Shown here in pieces: positions 30,090 through 46,600 of a DNA stretch of 64,000 nt. The notes under the pieces are model-generated. The model worked only from the letters and a program-made list of their open reading frames with translations, was not told the DNA's origin and did no database searches. Numbering within the stretch: the stretch's first letter is position 1; each line of letters starts with the position of its first letter. This DNA comes from Eledone cirrhosa (lineage: Eukaryota): contig OZ024763.1 of assembly GCA_964016885.1 (NCBI GenBank), forward strand, positions 17,422,001 to 17,486,000, given 5' to 3'. Position numbers and translations under genes: made by a program.

Positions 30090-30271
30090 TATCTATGCTA
30101 TGGATATAAGATATGAAATCAAAATCTATTACATATATATATATTATATATATACATACACACACACACACACATAACGGGCGAGAGACCATTTCCCGAC
30201 CAATCCCGCATCTAATGGAACAAAACCTTCTAACCCATGCTAGCATGGAAGATGGACATTAAATGATAGTG

Positions 30272-30928
<657 letters not shown>

Positions 30929-31024
30929 AGTCTATCAAAGTTCTTTCGTTGCACATCTGCAACATCATCAGTGGTACTATTATGTTCCCTCCTATTGTAT
31001 TGTATTGTAATGTCTACGCCATTT

Positions 31025-31062
<38 letters not shown>

Positions 31063-31735
31063 ATGTAAGCGTGGAAGATGGACGTTAAACGATGATGATG
31101 ATATAAATTAACAAAACCGGATACCCTATCGGACCCTTTTCTTGTCTGGTCAGACTTCTACTTGCTACTGGTACCATGTAACCCAGTACAACATCCTTCA
31201 TAGTCAAATGGTCTGCAACTAAAACAGCTCCCCCACCAGGCCCTGGTGATGTTTCTGTTGCTGAATCTTTTCATAGCCTCCATCTACTGACCAATGTTTA
31301 TAGTTGATAGAGTTTTTGACAATGTATTTTATATGCCATGTAAGTAAAGCAATGAAGCCAGTAAATTGGCAGATCATTAGAACATAGGGCAGAATGCCTT
31401 GTGGTATTTATTCCATATTTCTGAATTCTGTTTCTAAAACCTGCATTTTTAAAAAATGTATTTTTATTTTATCATTAGTTTTTATTCTTTAATGCTAAAT
31501 CATCAAAAATGTTATATATATGTATATATATATATATATATACATATGTGTGTGTGTGTATATATGGGTGTCTGTGTGTGTGTATATGTATATATATGTG
31601 TGTGTGTGTGTATATATTTATAGCTTAGAGCCACATGTCCTCAGGGACCTCTTTTTAAAAAATTTATTTTATCATTAATTTTTCTTCTTTAACATTTTGT
31701 TTATAGTATATAAATAGTATTATTATTATTATTAT

Positions 31736-31938
31736 TGGTGGATTGGCAGTATCGGTAGAGGGTCGGACGCCATGCTTTCCAGCATAGTTACGTCCCGTTA
31801 CGATCTGAGTTCAAATCCCACCGAGGTTGACTTTGCCTTTCATCCTTACGGGGTCGATAAAATAAAGTACCAGTAATGCACTGGGTAATTTGCTGGCCTT
31901 GTGCCTAAAGTAGAAACAATTATTATTATTATTATTAT
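31736..31938 (+). mobile_element. Full SINE family A copy between (ATT)n runs
   Basis: ggtggattggcagtatcggtagaggg...gtagaaac-(att)n. Confidence 0.88.
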
Positions 31939-32263
31939 TACATATATATATACAATGAAGGAAGTGTGGTAAGAAACCAGATGGACCATAACACACCACA
32001 GTACTCAATACTTAGGGTAGTAGAGTCCAGAAATAGCTGTCGAAACGGCTTGAGCTCTGCCATCGGGGTTAAACATTTTCCTATATATATATATAACCAA
32101 AGATTAATATGGTTCGTTGATTAATCAACAAATACAATTTTACAATAGATTAGAAGCACTTGACAAGTGTATAAAAACGTTGAGAGTTGGTGAAATAAAT
32201 CACTGCCACTATTGGAATTGAATAATCAAATCCGTAGTGGTATGTCATATATCAAATCTTATA

Positions 32264-32322
32264 TTTTATCTGATGAAAACGTACTTAAACACCATTGTAC
32301 CTTTGAAATATGTATAATAAAG
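32264..32322 (+). ncRNA. Type-I hammerhead (TATGTA loop)
   Basis: TTTTAT-CTGATGA-aaacGTAC...GTACcttt-GAAA-TATGTA-TA-ATAAAG. Confidence 0.7.
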
Positions 32323-32408
32323 TATATATTTTGGTTATGAGAATATTTTTCATTTATTAATACTTTGAATAATATATATATATATATACATATATATGTA
32401 TATATATG

Positions 32409-32487
<79 letters not shown>

Positions 32488-33195
32488 GTATGTGTATATA
32501 TATATATATATATATTATATTTATTCTTTATCATTAACATTAATATAAAAAATGATAATTATATTTTTTTGAGAAGGGCCTCAAATTTTAACTGGTGAAA
32601 ATCTGGCACTGGTTCACAGCTGAAGAGAGAGGGTGGGCTCTGCTAGGTTTTAAATGCCCAAACTTTATAAGTCACTATGGCACCCCTACTACACCATCAC
32701 TAGTTATTACTCTATACATACAAGTAGAGTAGTGAATTGGTGCTCATCTCCTTGGAAACCAATCGTCTAGCCAATATCATCAATATTTACTAATCGTCAT
32801 ATGAATAAAATTAAATCAATAAAAACTAAATCATTCAGTGAACAGAGACGCCCACTTTTATTCAAAGTAGGCGAGTATTATTGTGGTCATTTGTGTTAGG
32901 ATGCACACATTCAGAATTTCAAATTTTCCCAATGCTTCCTAAATATATACTTATATATGTATGTAAAAGGTAAACAGAAATAACAACACAATCGGTACAG
33001 TATATGGAAGGGATATATTAGGTTAACGCTTGATATAGCAGGAAGAGGGTCTTGATGTTTAGGACGCTAGTCCTTTATCAGAAGAAAGAATGAGAAATAA
33101 GATAGATTGAAGGGAAGGGCGGGATGGAATTGAAAAAAATGTCTTTAGATAAAAATAACAGGTCCATTCATGTTGACATCTCTTGATATATATAT

Positions 33196-34219
33196 AACGG
33201 CGTTGGCTAACAGCGGCTTCTCAACCTATCACCTACTCTCCCACTAGCAACAACACCATTAAGAAAAGTAAGCGCATCAATAGACAAACTATCTGGTTCT
33301 CTCCTCCCTTCTCACTCAACGTTAAAACCAATGTAGGAAAAGAATTTCTAGCCCTCTTAGATAGACACTTCCCCATAGGTCATAAATACCGCTCCATCTT
33401 TAACCGACACAAAGTTAAACTAGGATACTCCTGCGCTAAGAACATGAAGGCCCACATCACCAGCAGCCCGAGGAGCAACACCCCACCAGGGTGCTCTTGC
33501 CGTAAGCCTGAAGCTTGCCCCCTTCAACAGCAATGCAACACACCAGCTGTAATCTAGGAGGTCAAATCCTATGTGGGCATGGCAGAGAGCCGATTCAAGG
33601 AGCGTTTCCTGAACCACCAGTCTACCTTCAGATACCCGGACAGACGTTCATCCACGAAACTCGCGAGTCACGTATGGTCCCTCAAGGACTCAAGTATAGA
33701 CTACTCCATTCAATGGAAAGCCATCACTAAGTCCAAGCCATACGCAAGGAGAAATCCGACGTGTGGCTTATGTATTGATGAACGAATAACTATCCTAAAG
33801 AGATTACGCAATAGTGATTGCTTAAACACGAGAAGTGAATTTTTCACACGTTGTCCACACGTCACCAAACATCTACTGCATAACTACAAGGCTCCGGACT
33901 GATTCTTTGTAATTTTATTTTTAATTTTTTTAATTTTATTTTCAACCTAAAAACTTTCCGGACTTTCGCAGTTATCTCCCTTACACCTATCACACGCATT
34001 CTAGTATTGCCTGTGTGAAGTGACCGAGTTTCTGCGCATGCGTGTCCATACGGTTGTCCTTCCTGTTCCTATAACCACACACATCCCGAGCTGAAGATCC
34101 GCGAAGGTGAAACAATTGTTCTCGGTATGGTGAACTAACTGTTGTGTAACCACTTCTACCTAATTCGTCCCTTGGACTGAGTGCTCTACCATTACGGATA
34201 TTACCTTCCAGAGTTCCAC

Positions 34220-34222
<3 letters not shown>
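33196..34222 (+). pseudogene. Decayed Penelope-like retroelement 3' part (linker, GIY-YIG endonuclease, pLTR)
   Basis: Single frame from 33258: RQTIWFSPPFSLNVKTNVGKEFLALLDRHFPIGHKYRSIFNRHKVKLGYSC..CSCRKPEACPLQQQC..AVI*EVKSYVGMAESRFKERFLNH..IQWKAI..CGLCIDE..LNTRSEFFTRCPH, ending 33902; stop codon at the first GIY-YIG tyrosine; (TA)n flanks. Confidence 0.9.
34086..34125 (+). ncRNA. Compact type-I hammerhead in pLTR
   Basis: CCGAG-CTGAAGA-tCCgcgaaGGt-GAAAC-AATT-GTT-CTCGG; palindrome AACAATTGTT. Confidence 0.82.
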
Positions 34223-34276
<54 letters not shown>

Positions 34277-34402
34277 CAGCACTAAGAGAGAAAGAAAGAA
34301 AACTACAGACAAAAATGTGAACTTTTCTCCCTATATATGTATGTAAAAACAATATTTTCCCCATATTCTTATTGTTCTTATTAATATGCAATTTAAAAAG
34401 CA

Positions 34403-34597
34403 TGATAGAGTCGGATGCCATGCTTTGCAGCATAGAGTTACGGCCCTTTATGTTCCGAATTCAAATCCTGCTGAGTTTAGCTTTGCCTTTGATCCTTACG
34501 GGGTCGATAAAATATAGTACCAGTCACACACTGGGGTCGATTTAATCGACTTTCCCCTCCCACAAAATTGCTGGCCTTGTGCCTACATAAGAAACTA
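34403..34597 (+). mobile_element. SINE family A copy
   Basis: Matches family A. Confidence 0.82.
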
Positions 34598-34865
34598 ATA
34601 TTCCAGGACCTAAAAGTCCCTTCTTCAGGGTTTAAGGAACTTTCAGAGGATAATGTTCCAATTTCCTCTCTTTGGGATTAAATTTTGGATTTAATTTTTT
34701 TAAAGTCGTATTCAAGCATTTTTTTTATGGTTATTTCGCTATTCCTGACAATGATGTCAATTGCCAATATTGTATTTAATGAAATCAATTTCCTTTGATG
34801 ACAATATCTCTTTCAAGACATGATTTCATGTCATAAAACTTGCAAAACAAATACATCGCCGCTAA

Positions 34866-34997
<132 letters not shown>

Positions 34998-35314
34998 TAA
35001 GGGGTCTTTATGCTGTGGAACAACCATTTTTATGTGTGTCTTCTAAAAACACACATAAAAAGGGTTGTTCCACAACATAAAGACCCTTTATGTGTCTTCT
35101 AAAATCACACATAAAAACTGTTAGATGTTTACATGTATATTTGGTTTTCAACAGGTACACCTTGTCACCTTATGTCGTGGGAACATAAAAAAAGACTAAA
35201 GGGAAAGGCAACAGGTGGTATCAAATTGCTTCAAAAAGTTTTGTCAAACCCATGCTGTCATGCACCTATTCTAAACCATAGAAGCAGGTGTTCGTTCATT
35301 AGTATTACTATTGG

Positions 35315-35356
<42 letters not shown>

Positions 35357-35464
35357 ATATATGTATGTGTGTGTGTTGAAAACAAAAAGCAAAGTTTAGT
35401 TTTTAAACTTCACTATTTGTTTTCATTGTTGAACTCACAAACACACACATGCATACACAAATAA

Positions 35465-35507
<43 letters not shown>

Positions 35508-36224
35508 TAAATACACACACACACACACAAATAAATACACACACACACACACACACACATATATATGTGGTGCCTGCAAACTCTGCTAAGAGCATTGCAA
35601 TCGCTTGTCAGATTATAGAGTTTGGTGCACTTTTAGGCTATGGCCAGCCACACGAACCTGTAACAGACCCTGAACAAGCAATGCCTGTGCTTTGATGCTT
35701 TTTTTAAGTGTTGAAAGGCCTTGCACTCGACCAATCCCACTCTCCGAGCATCGAAAACACTTCCCGAAAAGGAGAACTGGTCAACATCATCGGATGCTTC
35801 CGAAGCCGCAGTTTTTTTCCAGAGTTTCCCTCTCCTAGAAAGGTGTTGTGACAACAACTGGGGGCCTTTCACTGCCAGATGACAAAAAAAAAAAAAAACA
35901 CTCAGCTGAGTTCTCCCTTGTATTCCATCCCGCAGGGTGTCCAAATATCACCCTCCTCACCAAGAAAGCTTGGTGGAGTTGCCGGTTTAGTCGCTGACGA
36001 CCCGACCATGAGACAGGTTGTACTGGGTTATATGTTACCAGTAGCGCTCAAGAATGACCTGACATATATCATCATCATCATCATCATCATCATCGTTTAA
36101 CGTCTATCTTCCACGCTAGCATGGGTTAAATGGGAGTTGTCCCAATTTGAGGCAAGGTTGGTCGGGTGACCGTGTCTCGCTCGTATAGGGCTGTCTGGCA
36201 GGTTTTCTACAGCTGGATGCCCTT

Positions 36225-37782
<1,558 letters not shown>

Positions 37783-38080
37783 GTGGCAGGGCAACTATTT
37801 CTGCGTGGACAGATACAGTCACATCCATCGTTCACAGACGAGTTAGTAGAAAGAAGAGATTCAAAGATAATTTGTATAAAAGAACATATTTGACCATGTG
37901 CCCTACTTTCACTTTCACACTGGTTGTCTGAAGATATATATATTATACTCATCATAGAATTGATTTTCTTTTCTCTCTTTTCCTTTTTTCTTTTCTCTCT
38001 CTCTCTCTCTCTCTCTATTTTATGTGGTTTCTCTCTCTCTCACTCTTTTCTGTAGTTTCTCTCTCTCTGTCTTTTCTGTG

Positions 38081-38130
<50 letters not shown>

Positions 38131-38219
38131 GTATTTTTTTTTCTCTCTCTCAGTCTTTTCTGGAGTTTCTCTCTTTTTCTGGCTGTCTCTCTCTCTCACT
38201 CACTCTCTCTCTCACTCAC

Positions 38220-38267
<48 letters not shown>

Positions 38268-38473
38268 GCGGTTTCTTTCTCTGCCTCTCCTCCCTCTCTC
38301 CCCCTCCCCATCACTGTCCCTCCCCCCCCTCCCCCGTGGTTTCTGTGTTAGTCTCTGTCTCATCTATTCTAAAGAGACCTTCTTCATTCCTGTATATCTC
38401 GGCTCAATTAGAGCTAAATTTAAACATGTTAACCCACTTCTCTTAATACCTCATGTATTAAACACACTCACAA

Positions 38474-38524
<51 letters not shown>

Positions 38525-38551
38525 TCCCAACAAATTAAATATAACCTCTGC

Positions 38552-38594
<43 letters not shown>

Positions 38595-38839
38595 TGCAAA
38601 GTTTAAAAAAAATGGCTGAGATCATTCTGTATATACACTTTCTTCCATTTTGTGTTTTTGTGTGTGTTTTATTTTGTATTTGTTTTTTGGGGCGGTCTGA
38701 TTTTTTTTTTTGTTCTTTTTTTTTTTGTTCTTTTTTTTCCTGTTTGCTATCTAAATGTTATTCATTTGCCTAAAATAACTCCTGCATCCCTCAGAGCCAT
38801 TCTGTATGAAAATATCACATATTGGATTATACTGGTATT

Positions 38840-38915
38840 TTGTATATATACACATACACACACGTATATATAGATAGATAGATAGATATATAGATATATA
38901 GATACATACACACAC

Positions 38916-38948
<33 letters not shown>

Positions 38949-39033
38949 TAGATAGATACATACATACATACATACATACATACATACATACATACATACA
39001 TACATACATACATACATACATACATACATACAT

Positions 39034-39072
<39 letters not shown>

Positions 39073-39811
39073 CATACACACACGTATATATAGATAGATA
39101 GATATATAGATACAAACATACACACTCATATACATACATATATATATAGATAGATACATACATACATATATACATACATACATACATACATACACACACG
39201 TATATATAGATACAAACATACACACTCATATACATACATATATATTTAGATAGATACATACATACATATATATACATACATATAGACATACATATATACA
39301 TACATAGATACAAACATACACGTATATATATATATATATATATATAGATAGATAGATATATAGATACATATATACATACATACATACATACATACACACA
39401 CACATACACACACGTATATATAGATAGATAGATAGATAGATACAAACATACACACTCATATACATACATATATATATAGATAGATAGATACATACATACA
39501 TACATACATACATACATACATACATAAACACACACAAACGAACACATCATATGTGTATATATATATACACACACACACGCATACATACATATATACATAT
39601 AAACACATCATTTATGTATATATATACACACAAACGAACACATCATTTATATATAAACATATACACAAACGAACACATCTTTTATATATATATACATACA
39701 CACACACATACATACATACATACATATACACAAACGAACACATCATTTATATATATATATACATATATACACACATACATATATACATATACACAAAAAC
39801 GAACACATCAT

Positions 39812-39870
<59 letters not shown>

Positions 39871-40040
39871 TGTGTATGTATATACTTAAATCTATCTTGT
39901 GAACACATCTTTTATATATATATACATACACACACACACATACATACATATATATACACAAATGAACACATCATTTATATATATATATATATACATACAC
40001 ACATACATATATACATATTCACAAAAACGAACACACCATT

Positions 40041-40128
<88 letters not shown>

Positions 40129-40155
40129 TATGTATATACTTAAATCTATCTTGTG
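38840..40155. repeat. TACA/TAGA/CA compound repeats with higher-order duplication
   Basis: Recurring acaaacatacacactca and aacgaacacatc anchors; atacttaaatctatcttgtga occurs twice (about 39882 and 40136). Confidence 0.9.
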
Positions 40156-40344
40156 ATATTTACTAAATAGGTTTTTCTCTCTATGTAGTCTAAAAAGTTA
40201 GATACGAAAAAAAAATTTCATGACCAAAATTTTTTTTTTCCTTTCATTTTTTTTTTTTTTTTTCTAATACACATTCTGAAAATTTAGAATTAAGGGAAAA
40301 TGTTATTTGTTCAGAAGCCTTGAAGCTAAATCCTAGATTCATGT

Positions 40345-41350
40345 GAAAAATGTTATTTGGTACCGTGTAGCCAAATTAGATTTACGAACCTTAACAAAAA
40401 TGTTATGTGGTATTTTATATTTATAAACCTTTATAAAAATGTTATTTGGTATCGCATGGTAGAATTATATTTACAAACCTTAATAAAAAATATTATTTGG
40501 TACCATGGGAGAATTATATTTATAAACTTTAATAAAAAATATGTGGTACCATGTGGTAGAATTATATTTATAACCTTAAGAAAAATATGATTTGGTACCA
40601 TGTGGTAGAATTACATTTACAATCTTAATAAAAATATTATTTGGTACCATGTGGTAGAATTGTATTTACCAACCTTAACAAAATTGTTATTTGGTACCGC
40701 GTGGTAGATTTGTATTTACAAACCTTAATAAAAAATATGTGGTAGTATTGTATTTACAAACCTTAACAAAAATGTTATTTGGTACCATGTGGTAGAATTA
40801 TATTTATAAACCTTAATAAAATTATTTTTTGGTACCATGTGGTAGAATTATATTTATATACTTTAACAGAAATGTTATTTGGTACCATGTGATAGAATTG
40901 TATTTACAAACCTTAATAAAAAATATTATTTGGGACCATGAGGTAGAATTATATTTACAGTCTTAATAAAAATGTTATGTGGTACCATGTGGGAGAATTA
41001 TATTCATAAACCTTAATAAAAATATTATTTCGTACCATGTGGTAGAATTATATTTACAAACCTTAACAAAATTATTTGGTGCCATGTGGTAGAATTATAT
41101 TTATAAACCTTAATAAAAAATATGTGGTGCCATGTGGTAGAATTATATTTATAAACCTTAATAAAAAATATGTCGTGCCATGTGGTAGAATTGTATTTAC
41201 AAACCTTAAAAAATATGTGGTGCCATGTGGTAGAATTATATTTATAAACCTTAATAAAAAAAATCTGGTGTCATGTGGTAGAATTATATTTATAAACCTT
41301 AATAAAAAATATGTGGTGCCATGTGGTAGAATTATATTTATAAACCTTAT
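40345..41350. repeat. About 50-56-nt tandem satellite
   Basis: ggtaccatgtggtagaattatatttataaaccttaataaaaaatat.. repeated about 19 times. Confidence 0.95.
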
Positions 41351-41871
41351 TTAAACATTGAAGTAAACCAATTAGGGAAGAACATGTCAAGCTTTCATTT
41401 TATTTTGAACCATTTTTGTTTTTACATTTGACAAGAGGGTGATAACCCCGAAATATTATGTTTAAATATGCTGCATAAGCACATTACTTTTTGTTTTATT
41501 TGTCACCCTTTGTCCTTTATATTTTTCTACCGTGTTGTTCCGGCTATGTGAAACTTATCAGGCATTTGTTACATATCTCACACTTCGTATTAGCTAAAAT
41601 ATTTTATTCTCATTAAAGTTTACTCAGGAAGTGCAGTTAAATGCCATTTTTGTGTGCTCCCTACTACCACCCATATCCCTGACCCTCACTCCCCTTTTTC
41701 ATACTAATGCCAGCATGGAAGGACAAGCATATCTCAATATATACGGATGGATGATCGATGCAATTAATTTTCTTCAAGGCCTCCTGCATGACTTGTTTCC
41801 TTTTGTTGTAGTATTACTCCCCAGCCCACCACACTTCCATTAATGCCTCCCCCTGTGCTGATGCAATGATA

Positions 41872-42872
41872 AAAATACACCCAGTCCACCCTGTAAAGTA
41901 GTTATTTTGGTGCCTGATGCCATGGCAAAATACACCCAATCCGCCCTGTAAAGTGGTTGTTTTGGTGCCTGATGCCATGACAAAATACACCCAGTCCACC
42001 CTGTAAAGTGGTTGTTTTGGTGCCTGATGCCATGACAAAATACACCCAGTCCACCCTGTAAAGTGGTTATTTTGGTGCCTGATGCCACAACTAAATACAC
42101 CCAGTCCACCCTGTAAAGTGGTTGTTTTGGTGCCTGATGCCACAACTAAATACACCCAGTCCACCCTGTAAAATGATAGGGTTGATGCAAGGATAAAACG
42201 CAACCAGTCCAGCTTGTAAAATGGTGGTCTTGGTGCCACAACAAAAAGCACCTAGTCCACCCTATAAGGTAGACATACTGGTGCCACTACAAAACAAAAA
42301 CACCCATCGAATGCTGTAAGGTGGTAGCGTGATGTCACAATATGAAGCACCCAGACGACTCTGTAAAGTGGTAGTGTTGATGTTACAATATAAAGCACCC
42401 AGTCCAATCTGTAAAGTGGTAGTGTTGATGCTGCAACAAATAGCACCCAGTCCACTCTGTAAAGTGGTTGTGTTGATGTCACAATATAAAGCACCCAGTC
42501 CACTCTGTAAAGTGGTAGTGTTGATGTCACAATATAAAGCACCCAGTCCACTCTGTAAGTTGGTAGTGTTGATGCTACAACAAAAAGTACCCAGTCAACT
42601 CTATAAAGTGGTCATGCTGGTGCCATAACAAAAAGCCCCCAGTCAACACTAATGTGGTAGTGCCGGTACCAGAACAAAAAGCACACAGCCATTTTGTAAA
42701 GTTGTCATACTGGTGCCAGGACAAAAAGCACCTGGTCTACCATATAATGTGGTCGTAATGATACCACAAAAACTACCCAGTCTATTTTGTAAGGTGGTTG
42801 TGATGGCACCACAACAAAAAGTACCCAGTACACACTGTAAAGTGACAGTGCTGGTACCACAACAAAAAGTAC
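41872..42872 (+). repeat. About 55-57-nt tandem satellite resembling the SINE B internal module
   Basis: cacccagtccaccctgtaaagtggtt..gtgcc; compare SINE B aaagcacccagcactcactgtaaatgaggttgg. Confidence 0.88.
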
Positions 42873-42906
42873 CTTACTTAAAAGATGGTTAAAAGAGTTC
42901 CATATA

Positions 42907-42972
42907 TTTTATTATGCGCATTTCGAATACAAAATCATCCTGGGACAGATGTTGTGTTCTCATCAGATAAAA
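42907..42972 (-). ncRNA. Type-I hammerhead (TGCGCA loop)
   Basis: Reverse complement: TTTTAT-CTGATGA-GAACACAA...TTGTATTC-GAAA-TGCGCA-TA-ATAAAA. Confidence 0.8.
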
Positions 42973-43138
42973 TAAGGTAACATGATATGAGGCATAATAG
43001 CACTTGTTTACAGGAAAGTGCTAAGTCTATATCAAGAGTATATGTGTGTGTGTATAATATATATATATATATATATATAATAAATCAGGAAAGAAGGTTG
43101 ACATGGTTTGCTATACAAAAAAGGTTTTTAATCTCATA

Positions 43139-43244
43139 GCTGACAATTGTTTCTCTGAACTGGTAGGTCTAGAGATCGCTATTAGCTTATTTTCACGTTA
43201 CTCGATCGCCAATACAAAATTATAACCAGTCAGATCTTCGGAGC
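43139..43244 (-). ncRNA. Hammerhead with long stem II and core variant CCGAAGA
   Basis: Reverse complement: GCT-CCGAAGA-TCTGACTGGT...ACCAGTTCAGA-GAAAC-AATT-GTC-AGC. Confidence 0.6.
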
Positions 43245-44519
43245 ATGCGAGAATGAAGAGAATACACAGGCAAGAAAAGAATATACAGGCTACTATATGA
43301 AGTAGTAATGGCATTCAATTAGAACAATAACAACAATTACAACAATGCTATTAATAAATTATTTGAGGAGACCCTGACATTACTTAGGTGGGGGGGTATA
43401 ATGTATCTAACATTACGGCGTGTAAAACTAGCTGTCACGAGGCAAAAGTAAGAGTTTGGCATGTACAGAGTATCGAAGTGTGTATCAATTTTAAATTATA
43501 AAGATAAGCCAGTGTTTACAGTCTTTCTTTTCATCTTCAATAGCATACATGAGTGGGACAACACTGTCAAAGCTAAATAGTTGTTGAAAGCGTTAATATC
43601 ATCCACTACCTGGAATACCATAACTGGACTATACCTAAGTAGACTGCATTTAACTATTATTTGTTACCCCGTATATATATATATATAAATATATATATCT
43701 GTGTGTGTAGAGGTACACACACATAAACATACATGCATGCTCATATTCATAAACACATACGCTTACATACAGACATAGATGTGTGTACAGGTACACATAT
43801 ATATATATACATACATTTACACACTCATACACTTACATATGCATACACCTGCACACGCACATAGAAATATGTGTATAGGTACACACTTATACACTTACAT
43901 ACGCATACACTTTCACACGCACATAGAAATATGTATATAGGTAGACACACACATATACTTACATACGCATACACTTACACACACAAGCAGGTACATGCAC
44001 ATAGACACTCACACATACATAGATAAATGCATAGACACACATATACACACATAGATATACACACATACGCTCACATATCCTTACACTTACACACACATAG
44101 ACACACATAGATATACACACATATGCTCACATATCCTTCCACTTTCACACACATAGACACACATACACTTACATATACATACATAGACACATAAATACAC
44201 ACACACTCACCTGCACACTTACACACACACGCATACACACATATACACACACACACAAAAATATACACGTACACATATACACACTCACATAATATACACC
44301 TACACACTCTTACATACATCTACACACACATTCCTATTTCCCTATAAATTAGCCAGTCCTTTTATATATTATATTTAATAACACATATCCTAAAGCTCGC
44401 TCAATATATTAACCATTTCATATTTCTTAAAATGTCACTTCTAATATACATTTTTGATGTCATTTTTTTAACCTATTTAAATTCCACGTCGCGATTCCCT
44501 ACATTGAAAAAAACATCAT

Positions 44520-45895
44520 TTTAACCCTTTCTTTACAATATTTCTGATAAACATCGGTTGTTTTCTAAGAAATGATCCCCTGTTTTGAGAAAAAGAATAT
44601 CACTTTAACCATTTCTTTACTCTATTTCTAAGAAAAATAGTTTGTTTTCTAAGAACTGGTTCCCTATATTGAGAAAAAAAAAATCATTTTAACCCTTTCC
44701 TTACAATATTTCTGATAAACATCGGTTGTTTTCTAAGAAATGATTCTCTGTTTTGAGAAAAAGAATATCATACACAAAAGAATATCACACACAAAAACAA
44801 GATGGCGTAGGACAGAACAAAGGAGAGGCACAAAAACAAAGAAAAGAATCCCCAGTCACTGAAGAGGACACAGAATGTGTGACGAAAGAACTTTGACAAT
44901 ATATGAACAATCGTCTGGTTGTGGAACCAACCAACCAACCGGAAATTTATAAATTTAATTTATAATAAATTGAAGTGAAAGCGACTGGTGCGTGTTTCTT
45001 ATTGGCAACATGAGCCTCCCAAAGTATAACAATATCACTTTAACCATTTCTTTACCATATTTCTAAGAAAAATAGTTTGTTTTCTAAGAACTGGTTCCCT
45101 ATATTCAGAAAAAAAATATCATTTTAACCCTTTCCTTACCATATTTCTAAGAAACATGAGTTGTTTTCTAAGAAATGGCTCCCTGAATTGATAAAATGGG
45201 TATCACTTTAACCCATTTATTACCATATCTCTAATAAATATTGGCTGTTTTCTCAGAAATGGTCCCCAGTATTGAGGGGGAAAAAAACCTCTCTCTTTTT
45301 AACCCTTTCATTACCATATTTCTAATAAACATTGGTTGCTTTCTAAGAACTGGTTCCCTGTATTAATAAAAAAAATGTGTCCCTTAACCCTTACCATATT
45401 TCTAATCAACATGAGTTTTCTGAGAACTGGTTCCTTGTATTGTTAAAAAAGTATCCCTTTTTAACTCTTTCATTACCATACTTCTAAGAAACATCAATTG
45501 TTTTCTGAGAAATGGTTCCCTGTATTGATAAAAAAAAACCCATCATTTTAACCCTTTCTTTACCATATTTCTAATAACTGGTTCCCTGTATTGATTAAAA
45601 AAAACCCTATCGCTGTTTAACCTTTCCATTACCATATTTCAAATCAAAATAATTTGTTTTCTAAGAAATGTTTCCCTATATTGAGAAAAAAGAACATCAC
45701 TTTAACCCTCTCTTTACCATATTTCTAATAAATATTGGTTGTATTCTAAGAGCTAGTTCCTACAATTGAGAAAAAAGGGTATCATTTTAACCTTCTGTTA
45801 CCATATTTCTAATCAACATAGGTTATTTTCTAAGAATTGGCACCCTGTATTGATAAAAAAGGGTATCATTTTAACCCTTTCATCACCATATTTGT
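44520..45895 (+). repeat. About 80-nt tandem satellite starting TTAACCCTTT, interrupted by a pLTR fragment (about 44780-45035, hammerhead 44855-44897)
   Basis: ttaaccctttcttaccatatttctaa...gttttctaagaaatggttccctgtattga units. Confidence 0.88.
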
Positions 45896-46214
45896 AAACA
45901 GCATAGTATAACTTTAGTTAAGCTATGTACAAAATAACAACAAACTTGTTTATTGCATGACAAATATTTACAAAGATTAAGAAGGAGTTGTCTGCCCCTA
46001 AAGTACAGGTCTTGTTACCTGCCTCACCAGAAGTGCCTTCACTGCCGACCAGTTCAATAACAAGTCTGCAGTAAAGGCCTTTCTGTTAAGTGTTTGTCTT
46101 TATGAGCTTCCGGCAGGAGTCTATGATAGGTTGTTTTCTAAACTCCGCCAATTGCAGACTGCGCATCAACGAGAGATATTTTTCTCCACAAAGTTCACTC
46201 ACCAACAGCAGAGT

Positions 46215-46600
46215 TCAAAGAGCAAAGATGAAGTCCAGTCCATAAATTGACATTATCAAGCCATTGTTTTGGCTGCCGGCCTCTGCTTCTCTTCCTTCCA
46301 GGCATAACCTACTCACACCACGAGTTGATCTTTTTATATGGCCGTATAGCTTGAGTACTCTTGACTTGACAATTGATGTAATTGGTCTAAGTTTGGTAAT
46401 GTTAAGCAACTCACTGATACAGATACGGTCGCTGAGCCGCTTGCCAGATGTGGTTCTGGAATGTAGAGAGCTTCTGAAGTGACCTTGTCATCCAATTAAC
46501 CCAGTCAAGACCATATGACACAACTGGGAGGATGTAAGTATTGAAGATCTTACTTAGCCTTCAAATGATAGGAAACTCGTTTTGATGTTAGTACTTCCTT
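46215..46600 (-). mobile_element. RTE-like LINE ORF 3' fragment
   Basis: ITSIVKSRVLKLYGHIKRS..RLCLEG (RTE C-terminal L.W/YGH..R motif). Confidence 0.7.
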
